A stretch of 17,520 nucleotides of DNA from Nitrospinota bacterium (GCA_036231405.1 JAZAHK010000022.1:1-17520); one strand, 5' to 3'; shown: positions 8,829-16,150, counted from the stretch's first letter. Made by a program: numbers and translations. Notes: a model not told the origin generated them from the sequence alone.

Positions 8829-9540
8829 GTTTTTCGCTTTTCTCCTTGTTTTTTTTATTTCCTCTTGTTCTTTTTATGAAAGTCCAAGATATACATCTTA
8901 CAAACAGAGAGGGACATATCACTACGTAAAACGTGGAGATACTCTTTGGAAAATTTCAAAAAGATATCGAATCGATATAGAACAGTTAGCTGTTTTAAAC
9001 GGAATTAAAAATCCAAACAGATTGAAAGTAGGCAAGAGAATTTTTATTCCAAGACGTTCGTTTCGCCATCTAAGTAGAATCAAAAGTTACGGAAAAAGAA
9101 GGAGTCATCCGCTATGGACAAAAAAGAAAGCCTTTAGAACCAGAGCAATAAATAATAGTGGAGTAAAATTTAAGTGGCCTGTAAAGGGAAAGGTTGTGAA
9201 GAAGTATGGATACTATGATGGTGTGAAGTTTGAAGGAATTATTATACGAACCAAAAAAAGAGAGACGATAAAAGCATCTGCCCCAGGAAAAGTGATTTAT
9301 AGTAGTTGGGGTCCTGGAAGCTATGGAAGGATGGTAATTGTTCGCCATGCCGGCGGAAGATTTCATTCTGTATATGCTAACAATTCGAAGAATCTTGTGA
9401 AATTAAATGATGCCGTTTTCACAGGTACTCCTATTGCTAGAGCTGGAATTTCTAGTTATAAGGGAAAATCGACGTTACGTTTTGAAATTCGATACCGTAC
9501 AGTGCCTAAGAATCCTATATCTTACTTACCTAGGATGTAA
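8821..9540 (+). CDS. LysM + degenerate M23 domain lipoprotein (NlpD-like amidase activator)
   Basis: Lipoprotein signal ending ISSC; LysM YHYVKRGDTLWKISKRYRIDIEQLAVLNGIKNPNRLKVG; M23 fold FKWPVKGKV...ASAPGKVIY...YGRMVIVRH...FEIRY...NPISYLP. Confidence 0.9.
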   Translation: MFKFFAFLLVFFISSCSFYESPRYTSYKQRGTYHYVKRGDTLWKISKRYRIDIEQLAVLNGIKNPNRLKVGKRIFIPRRSFRHLSRIKSYGKRRSHPLWTKKKAFRTRAINNSGVKFKWPVKGKVVKKYGYYDGVKFEGIIIRTKKRETIKASAPGKVIYSSWGPGSYGRMVIVRHAGGRFHSVYANNSKNLVKLNDAVFTGTPIARAGISSYKGKSTLRFEIRYRTVPKNPISYLPRM

Positions 9541-9558
9541 TTAGTAGAAAGGAAAAAA

Positions 9559-10083
9559 ATGGACAAAGTGAAAGATCTTCTTTCCTTTATTAGAGATGTC
9601 CCTGATTTCCCAAAAGAGGGAATTATTTTTAAAGATATTACCCCTGTATTGATGAATCCAGATGCGTTTAAATTTGCTATTGATTCGATGGCGAAACCTC
9701 TGCAGGATGAAAAAATTGATTTAGTGGGAGGGGTTGAAGCAAGGGGATTTATTACCGCAGCATCTCTTGCTTATAAATTAGGTGCAGGTCTTGTTTTGGT
9801 TCGAAAACCAGGGAAACTTCCGTGGGAAAAAGAAGCAACGACGTATGAATTAGAGTATGGGACTGACACATTAGAAATACATAAAGATGCAATCAGTCCC
9901 GAAATGAACGTATTGATTGCAGACGATCTTGTCGCAACAGGAGGTACTGCAAAAGCATGTATAGAACTGGTGGAAAAAGTAGGGGGGAGAGTTCACTCCT
10001 TATCCTTCCTCATAGAACTTTCTTTTCTAAATCCTAAAAAAAATCTTTCGGATTATACAATTCATTCGGTGATAACCTACTAA
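9559..10083 (+). CDS. apt: Adenine phosphoribosyltransferase
   Basis: IRDVPDFPKEGIIFKDITP, EARGF, VRKPGKLP, YELEYGTDTLEIH and the PRPP-binding VLIADDLVATGGT; AAGGA SD. Confidence 0.97.
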   Translation: MDKVKDLLSFIRDVPDFPKEGIIFKDITPVLMNPDAFKFAIDSMAKPLQDEKIDLVGGVEARGFITAASLAYKLGAGLVLVRKPGKLPWEKEATTYELEYGTDTLEIHKDAISPEMNVLIADDLVATGGTAKACIELVEKVGGRVHSLSFLIELSFLNPKKNLSDYTIHSVITY

Positions 10084-10668
10084 ATGGATGCTCTGCAAAA
10101 TTTTAAAAAAATAGATCCAAGAAGAGCGGGATATCTGCAATTTGCTTTAAGGGCAATGATTGTATTGCAAGTATTGGGATATTTTCTGATATTTTTCGGT
10201 GTACTTGGTCCAAATATGCCTGGAGAAAATGGATTTTTTGCTAGTATGGCAGAACGTTTAGTAAAACCTTCTAAGTTTGATCAACTTCATGAAAAGTTCA
10301 ATAAAATTGATTTGCAAGAGAAAGTAGCAAGAAAAGCAGGAATTTCTAAAGCTAAGGCTGGTCTAGCACTTAAGGCTATCCAAGAGGAATTTAACTTATC
10401 TCTAGAGAAAAAAAGAAACCTTATTTCAATGCATAGCTTATTCGGAAGTTTTTATAAAGACCTTGTAAAATTAACGAAACAGATTCTATCCGTATCGGTT
10501 GCAATGTCTTTACGATTAGCCGCTGTATCCACAGGTCTCATTATTATTTTGTCTGGAGGCTGGATAAGAAGAAGAATTCGCAATTGGTTAATACGTTTGA
10601 AAATGAAAACTACGGAAGAAAAGATCGAGATATTAGAAAAACGTATAATTGAATTAGAAAAAAAATAA
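10084..10668 (+). CDS. Hypothetical two-TM membrane protein with an HU-like helical insert and a C-terminal coiled-coil-like tail
   Basis: ATG directly follows the apt stop (TAAATG). Hydrophobic segments at about aa 20-42 and 134-160; PNMPGxxGF motif shared with the next gene; tail EEKIEILEKRIIELEKK. Confidence 0.8.
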   Translation: MDALQNFKKIDPRRAGYLQFALRAMIVLQVLGYFLIFFGVLGPNMPGENGFFASMAERLVKPSKFDQLHEKFNKIDLQEKVARKAGISKAKAGLALKAIQEEFNLSLEKKRNLISMHSLFGSFYKDLVKLTKQILSVSVAMSLRLAAVSTGLIIILSGGWIRRRIRNWLIRLKMKTTEEKIEILEKRIIELEKK

Positions 10669-10717
10669 TTATAAAGTAAGTTTAAATCTTCGTAACTATA
10701 GAGAATATTGGAGTAAA

Positions 10718-11131
10718 ATGATTACTTTTTCAAAAGTTTTGATTAAATGCCTCTTGCCTATTCTAATTCTTGCTTATGGTCTTTTGTTTTCAGGAATTAC
10801 AGGTGGATGGCCTCCTAATATGCCTGGCAATGATGGTTTTTATGCAAAGTTGGCAAAAAAAATCGTTCATTCTAGTATTGCAGATCAATTTCCTTCACTT
10901 AAAAATGAAAAAAAGACGAGGGATTTTATAGGTGATTTGTTTAAAAGAAAGCTAATGATAGCTGGAAGAGAGGCAGTTCTTGGACCTTTTATAGCAATGG
11001 TTGAAGTCCTATTGAGAATCCTTGCGATAATGACAGGGATTATCTTAATTTTATTAAATATACATATAAGAATGATTTTTTCAGAAAAAAGAATTAAATA
11101 TCTAGAAAATAATAATATTACTAAAATATGA
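10718..11131 (+). CDS. Hypothetical two-TM membrane protein, paralog of 10084-10668
   Basis: GGAG SD. PPNMPGNDGFYAKLAKKIV aligns with GPNMPGENGFFASMAERLV, LRILAIMTGIILIL with LRLAAVSTGLIIIL, and SEKRIKYLE with TEEKIEILE. Confidence 0.8.
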   Translation: MITFSKVLIKCLLPILILAYGLLFSGITGGWPPNMPGNDGFYAKLAKKIVHSSIADQFPSLKNEKKTRDFIGDLFKRKLMIAGREAVLGPFIAMVEVLLRILAIMTGIILILLNIHIRMIFSEKRIKYLENNNITKI

Positions 11132-11180
11132 TTCTGCCAATAAGTTCCTGATTTTGCATATGATACGTTTGAAGCATATT

Positions 11181-11576
11181 TTAAATAACCGCTACTGCAT
11201 CGATTTCCACCAAAAAATCAGGATTGGCTAAACCAGCACAAACAATCAATGTGCTTGTAGGTGGATTTGATTTATCCCAGTACTGAATTCCAAGCTCTCG
11301 AGCAGCCTGTGTGTACTCCTTCCCAACTACATAGGTAGTGACTTTTACTAAATCTGATAAAGTGGCCCCACCTTCCGCTAAAACTTCTTTTAAATTTTTG
11401 ATGACCTGATTGCTTTGTGCGTCAAAATCACCAACGCCAATTATATTACCCTCCTTATCGGCAGATACTTGTCCAGCGACAAAAATAACACGTTTCGCTT
11501 CGTCAATAGCGATACCATGTACGTAATTTGCAAATGGAATGTGTAGCGACTGAGGATTATAATTTTTGCGTTTCAC
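11181..11576 (-). CDS. Rid (YjgF/YER057c/UK114) family protein, Arg-less subgroup
   Basis: GTG start with AAGGA SD. Motifs YVHG, IFVAGQV, NLKEVLAEGGATLSDLVKVTTYV and PTSTLIVCAGLANPDFLVEIDAVA. Confidence 0.9.
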   Translation of the reverse strand: MKRKNYNPQSLHIPFANYVHGIAIDEAKRVIFVAGQVSADKEGNIIGVGDFDAQSNQVIKNLKEVLAEGGATLSDLVKVTTYVVGKEYTQAARELGIQYWDKSNPPTSTLIVCAGLANPDFLVEIDAVAVI

Positions 11577-11671
11577 GATCGATTTGTCCTTTTATCTATT
11601 CATTATGATTGCGGATATATATCCGGTATTATAGGATAATTTTTCTTCGAAGGATAGACTTTTGTGGATAT

Positions 11672-11748
11672 GTCCCCGTAGCTCATCTGGATAGAGCGCA
11701 GGATTCCTAATCCTGAGGCAGCAGGTTCGAGTCCTGCCGGGGACACCA
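11672..11748 (+). tRNA. tRNA-Arg(CCT)
   Basis: Acceptor stem GTCCCCG/CGGGGAC plus ACCA; D arm GCTC-ATCTGGATA-GAGC; anticodon arm CAGGA-TTCCTAA-TCCTG (CCT at 11706-11708); T arm GCAGG-TTCGAGT-CCTGC. Confidence 0.97.
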
Positions 11749-11759
11749 AACTCACTTTC

Positions 11760-11838
11760 TCTGAAGCCCATGAAATAAGGGTTTCAGACAGATTGCGCTT
11801 TTTTCGGAGATTGAGTGTTACACTTTTCGTTACACTTT
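11760..11838 (+). repeat. Hairpin plus tandem 10-bp direct repeat downstream of tRNA-Arg (att-site-like)
   Basis: TCTGAAGCCC-N9-GGGTTTCAGA (11760-11788, one G-T pair) and GTTACACTTT twice (11817-11826, 11829-11838). Confidence 0.6.
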
Positions 11839-11843
11839 CAAGA

Positions 11844-12122
11844 TTATTCACCGCGATAAGTATCATAACTGTTTTCAGGTTCACCTAAATAAAGAAATAT
11901 CCACCAAATCGGAATTGATATAAAAAATGCCAACCAAGGGTGAGAAAATTTTGCCCAATCCCACAACCATAAAGGCATATCGGTGAAAGCCATTAAGCCG
12001 CGAACAAACGCATAACCCACTCCATCTATAAAGTGTTTAAAAAAATCATGGGCACTGAATGCATTAATTAAAGAGATAATTGAATGGATAAAAAATAACA
12101 AAAGCCCCCAACCCACACTCAA
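11844..12122 (-). CDS. Small hypothetical membrane protein, possibly a 5'-truncated remnant
   Basis: 92 codons, aromatic-rich with hydrophobic segments. TTG start without an obvious SD; a hydrophobic reading (RKILEYFAIGFL) continues upstream in another frame. Confidence 0.45.
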   Translation of the reverse strand: MSVGWGLLLFFIHSIISLINAFSAHDFFKHFIDGVGYAFVRGLMAFTDMPLWLWDWAKFSHPWLAFFISIPIWWIFLYLGEPENSYDTYRGE

Positions 12123-12273
12123 AGGAAACCGATGGCGAAATACTCAAGTATTTTCCTATCTCAAAAGATACAAAGAGAGGCAAGAACGACTTGCTTTTAT
12201 AGAGAAGGAATACGAACCAGTTTGGGGAAAGATGGAAGTTAGGTGGGAGAAGAGTTAAAGATGCATCCAGTCT

Positions 12274-12669
12274 CTAATAACTACATATTTTTTTTATAGC
12301 AATATCCCAACTTGATTCAGGAGGATAATATTTCCAATTCTTATCAGCATTAGAGTTTGTAAAAAAATGTGGTTCTTTACCCATTGATGTTTTGTACCCA
12401 ATCCAACTTAGACGTTTATAACCATTAGAATTACAATCTATTTTCATATAAGTCTTAAGTGAAAGTATCCCGGATTCTTTAAAAGGTTCGACATAGTCAT
12501 CTAACGACCAAACATAAGTGTATCCTTTACTTTTTTTTATGGATTTAAAATCCACATAGAAGGTGTCTCCATCCACACTTTCACTCACCTTCGTCCATTT
12601 TGCATAGGATGGTGATGAGAACATTACTGTTGAGAATAGTAGTGTGAATATGAGAGTTAGTTTTTTCAT
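12274..12669 (-). CDS. Secreted protein resembling the surface-adhesin E family
   Basis: Sec signal MKKLTLIFTLLFSTVMFSSPSYA, then W..V....GDTFYVD..SI.....Y.YVW, KIDC, W.Y.PPES and a terminal IC (two Cys). The family was recognised by pattern only. Confidence 0.6.
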   Translation of the reverse strand: MKKLTLIFTLLFSTVMFSSPSYAKWTKVSESVDGDTFYVDFKSIKKSKGYTYVWSLDDYVEPFKESGILSLKTYMKIDCNSNGYKRLSWIGYKTSMGKEPHFFTNSNADKNWKYYPPESSWDIAIKKICSY

Positions 12670-12779
12670 TCTTTTAGTATGGCAAAAAAACTAGAAAAAA
12701 ACAGTTTTTATGCCCTCTTTGGGTGATAATGTTAATTCACAGTTACAAATCACTCTGTCACCGAAAATTAAGACCCCTA

Positions 12780-13676
12780 TTAAAGGCGATAAAATTTCGC
12801 TGCTGTATTGTGAAAAAAAGCTTGCTGTTCTGATTCAGATCGAGTTGTTAGTATTTCCTTACAAGCGCCTACAAGATCATCATAACGGGCCCATAATTTT
12901 TCAAGTGGAAAGTTACTCCCATAGAAACACCTGTTCGCTCCAAAACGATCCAATACATGATCGAGCACAATACGCATATGGTCGATATCACACTTGGATG
13001 TAAAAAAATTCAATCCCGAACATTTAATCCAGAAATTAGGAAAAGGTTCGAGATGCTCTAACCCTTCCTTCCAAGCATTCACTGTCGATTCATCATCCGA
13101 AGTTAGCATGCCACCGTGTACAAGACAAAAATTTATGTCTGGGTGATTACTCAGCAGTTCAGCAAAGTGGACAAATTGGTGGGAAAAGCCCTGTAACTCA
13201 AAATGCATATCGAATGTTTTAAGTAATGCAATCGAACGCTGAAATTCATCAGTTAGGCACAAATCAGGCCTATCTGTCCTACAGCGAAGCGGTTCACCTT
13301 CCCAAAAATGAAGTTGATGTCTAATACCACGAATGTTTGGAAATTTAGAGTGTTCTTCAAACACTTTCTCTATGTCTGGATTTGTCATCGTCGCATCTCC
13401 AACGATCGCATGTGGGAATCCCGTTCGATCTGCCTCTGATTGCAACCAATTGGTTTCCTCTACTGGATGCATAGGATCGTAGTTCGCCTGCACATGAACA
13501 GATTTGATGACGTTATTATTTCCAAAGTCTTCACAAAGATCTTCTACTAAATAATCTTGTCGAAGGCCACTATAATCATCTCCATACATTTTAGGGGTCA
13601 TCGGCGCAGCCAGCCATGGGTATTTCTTCCAATGCCAGAGATGGTGATGACTATCGATAATAGGACCTTGGTACAT
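12780..13676 (-). CDS. Amidohydrolase_2 / COG3618-type TIM-barrel hydrolase (sugar-lactonase/LigI-like)
   Basis: IIDSHHHLW, SVHVQA, ETNWL, RGIRHQL, LVHGG, IKCSG and FGANRCFYGSNFP; GAGGA SD. Confidence 0.9.
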   Translation of the reverse strand: MYQGPIIDSHHHLWHWKKYPWLAAPMTPKMYGDDYSGLRQDYLVEDLCEDFGNNNVIKSVHVQANYDPMHPVEETNWLQSEADRTGFPHAIVGDATMTNPDIEKVFEEHSKFPNIRGIRHQLHFWEGEPLRCRTDRPDLCLTDEFQRSIALLKTFDMHFELQGFSHQFVHFAELLSNHPDINFCLVHGGMLTSDDESTVNAWKEGLEHLEPFPNFWIKCSGLNFFTSKCDIDHMRIVLDHVLDRFGANRCFYGSNFPLEKLWARYDDLVGACKEILTTRSESEQQAFFHNTAAKFYRL

Positions 13677-13951
13677 AGTTGAATCCTCTGTTGGTTTTTT
13701 AAAATAATAACATAAATTTTTATTGAAATATTTTTATTATTCATTTAATGGTGTTTTCGTTGTTTTAAAGGGTGAAAATGACGCAAATTTATGTTTTATA
13801 CAGTTGAGCGTTGCAAACACCATTATGACGTTTCAACGTAAGCCATCAAAGATAAAGGGATTCAAGGAAGAATATCTGTATATATAGCGGGATTGAAATT
13901 ATCCATCTAGTGGTACGTTCTGTCCGAAAAGCAAACATGCTTTCCGTAAAA

Positions 13952-15439
13952 CTATTCTTTGCCACGCCTAAAGATGCCATCATAAAAGGTGTAGATCACG
14001 ATAATTATGAGTATCGTGCCTATGGGCCTATCTATGATGACAGTCCACCATTCTTGATCTTCAAATACCATTAAAGCCCTTCGTAAATTTTCATCTGCAA
14101 GGGGCCCAAGAATTACTGCCAAAACCATTGGGGCAAGAGGAAATCCAAAACAGTGGAGAATATAACCTACAATTCCTGAGATCAGCATCAAATACACATC
14201 AAAATAGCTCAAACTAACAGCGAAAGATCCCATTACGCAAATTGGTATAATAAGCGGCATTAAAAGTGTGCGTGGTAAACTAAATAATTTGACACACGGT
14301 TTTATCAATGCGATGGCCATACCGTACATTAAGAAGTTAGCTATTATCAGACCTATATAAATAAAGAAAATGATGCCTGGATTTTCTGTCTGTATTGTTG
14401 GTCCAACAACGACATTTTTCATTTCCAGAGCTGCCAAAATCGCTGCTGCCGCTGCATTGCCAGGTATGCCCAGGGTGAGTGTAGGTAGCATTGAACCGCC
14501 AATATTAGCGTTGTTGGCAACTTCGGCGCAAACAATTGCTTCATAAGAGCCTTTCCCCCATCGTTTACGTTCTTGTGCTTTTGCTCTTCTACGGCCTATG
14601 TCATAAGATAAAAAAGATGCAACGTTGGCACCAGCCCCTGGTATGGCACCTATAATAGTACCTATGATCCCTGAACGAAATGCCGCTCGACTATATCCTA
14701 TTAATTTTTTCAAAGGCGGGATAATTTTTCCTACTTCACTTGGTATTTTCGGAGGGCTATTTTGAGGTAGGACCTTAAGAATTTCTGTTAAGCCAAATAA
14801 GCCTATAAGCAGGGGAACATAGCTTATTCCATCTTCTAAAGTACGGATGCCGAATGTAAAACGCGTTACTCCATGAATTGCATCAACCCCGACAAATGAA
14901 ATCATTAAACCAATCCAGCCTGAGATCCAACCCTTAATAGGCATATCACCAGCGGCCATTGACCCACAAATGGCAATACCCCACATTGACAGGAGGAACA
15001 TTTCCCAAGATCTGAATTGCAATGCAAGAAAGAGAATAGCGGGAATAAATGCTATCAGTAAAACGATACCGATCCAATTCCCCATAAAAGAGGCCATGAT
15101 TGCTGTACCAAGCGCTAACCCACCTTGACCTTGTTGAGCTAGTTTGTGGCCTTCAATCATTGTTGGAACTGCATCTGGCGTTCCTGGTATGTTAATCAAA
15201 ACAGCGGAAATTGCTCCGCCAAACACGCTTCCAGTATACACTCCTAGCATAAACATAATTGCTACATGTTGAGACATTCCAGTTGAAAGACCAATCAAAA
15301 GGGCCATTGCCATAGTGGTTGAAAGGCCAGGCATAGCTCCCCATATTATTCCAAGTGTGACGCCTAAAAGGCAGACCCATAGCATCCATAATTGAAAAGC
15401 AATTGCCGCTTGGGATAAGATTTCGTGAATTTCAAACAT
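13952..15439 (-). CDS. tctA: Tripartite tricarboxylate transporter large permease (TctA), second copy
   Basis: Start reassigned to ATG 15439 (MFEIHEIL..., 495 aa), just after the tctB stop; the longer ORF-track start overlaps tctB. Motifs GIIWGAMPGLS, GGAISAVLINIPGTP, GTIIGAIPGAGA, EVANNA and PTLTLGIPG. Confidence 0.94.
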   Translation of the reverse strand: MFEIHEILSQAAIAFQLWMLWVCLLGVTLGIIWGAMPGLSTTMAMALLIGLSTGMSQHVAIMFMLGVYTGSVFGGAISAVLINIPGTPDAVPTMIEGHKLAQQGQGGLALGTAIMASFMGNWIGIVLLIAFIPAILFLALQFRSWEMFLLSMWGIAICGSMAAGDMPIKGWISGWIGLMISFVGVDAIHGVTRFTFGIRTLEDGISYVPLLIGLFGLTEILKVLPQNSPPKIPSEVGKIIPPLKKLIGYSRAAFRSGIIGTIIGAIPGAGANVASFLSYDIGRRRAKAQERKRWGKGSYEAIVCAEVANNANIGGSMLPTLTLGIPGNAAAAAILAALEMKNVVVGPTIQTENPGIIFFIYIGLIIANFLMYGMAIALIKPCVKLFSLPRTLLMPLIIPICVMGSFAVSLSYFDVYLMLISGIVGYILHCFGFPLAPMVLAVILGPLADENLRRALMVFEDQEWWTVIIDRPIGTILIIIVIYTFYDGIFRRGKE

Positions 15440-15447
15440 TTTTGATT

Positions 15448-16062
15448 TTAACCTGAACCTGGGAGGAGAATTTGAAATCCATCCCTGAATATGATGGCGA
15501 GTGATACGACAATACCAGTGGCTACTAAGAAACAATTGAGAACATTGGATCGCCAAAAGTAACGTAGTATGAAATAGACAAAGGGAATTGAAATTAGTTC
15601 AAATCCTGAAAAACGGAATGTATAAAAGTTAGTCTTGAAACGCAAATCTAGATCCATTTGGCCCAAAACAAAAACATAGGTTCCGACAATAATCATTAGC
15701 ATTAATGTTCGACGTGACTCAGTATTTAGAAAAGAATCCTTAAAGCTTTTAAGACTTTTGCTTTTCAGCATTTCTTCTATGCCATAACGGCGTTTGGTTT
15801 TAATAAAAAGACCTATGGCCATTAAAGTGAGGCTTGCACCAGTAAAAAATGGTAAAAGCCCAGGCGCGGTTGATAAATCTGCGGGGGAACCTAATTTGAC
15901 TGATGTATACATCGTGATTAATCCAAATAAAGCAATGATGATAGATGCAATAAAATCTTTTTGCGGGCTTGAACGTTCTCCACCGCCTTCTTCTCCGGTG
16001 AATACCCCTTGTTCTAGGCTTTCAATATCTGCATCAATCCTGGATTTATTTTGTTCTGCCAT
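15448..16062 (-). CDS. tctB: Tripartite tricarboxylate transporter small permease (TctB-like), second copy
   Basis: 204 aa, about 4-5 TM helices, APGLLP motif and C-terminal F...FQILLPG; lies between tctC and tctA; has an acidic N-terminal extension. Confidence 0.8.
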   Translation of the reverse strand: MAEQNKSRIDADIESLEQGVFTGEEGGGERSSPQKDFIASIIIALFGLITMYTSVKLGSPADLSTAPGLLPFFTGASLTLMAIGLFIKTKRRYGIEEMLKSKSLKSFKDSFLNTESRRTLMLMIIVGTYVFVLGQMDLDLRFKTNFYTFRFSGFELISIPFVYFILRYFWRSNVLNCFLVATGIVVSLAIIFRDGFQILLPGSG

Positions 16063-16109
16063 CTTTATATAACTTTTTTAGGTAATGAATAATTTTAATA
16101 TATTAAAAT

Positions 16110-16150
16110 AAAATCGAGTGGGTCACATTTCTAGTGAGCCACTCGATTTT
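16110..16150 (-). terminator. Intercistronic stem-loop / partial terminator after tctC
   Basis: AAAATCGAGTGG-G-TCAC-ATTTCTA-GTGA-G-CCACTCGATTTT: a 16-bp stem with one mismatch, with T-rich tails on both strands. Confidence 0.8.

Noticed and set aside
448-9366. Short antisense or alternate-frame ORFs (448-651, 780-1076, 1241-1465, 1472-1672, 1638-1841, 2183-2374, 2916-3098, 3023-3259, 4892-5074, 5519-5704, 5837-6133, 7350-7754, 7495-7758, 7833-8051, 8330-8563, 8565-8801, 8722-8922, 9112-9366)
   Set aside because: These are shadow ORFs overlapping well-supported genes, with no recognisable motifs.
11603-11884. 93-aa minus-strand ORF
   Set aside because: It is antisense to tRNA-Arg; VSPAGLEPAASGLG is the typical translation of a reverse-complemented tRNA.
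12132-12242. 36-codon plus-strand ORF MAKYSSIF... preceded by AAAGGA
   Set aside because: It is too short, has no recognisable features, and overlaps other fragmentary frames, so it cannot be supported.
12720-12778. GGTGATA...TGTCACC imperfect inverted repeat and TGTCACCGAAAATTAAGACCCC, vaguely like an IS terminal repeat
   Set aside because: There is no partner end, target duplication or transposase in the window.
15440-15556. N-terminal extension of TctA2 in the ORF track
   Set aside because: It overlaps tctB in another frame and is not TctA-like; ATG 15439 gives a normal 495-aa TctA.
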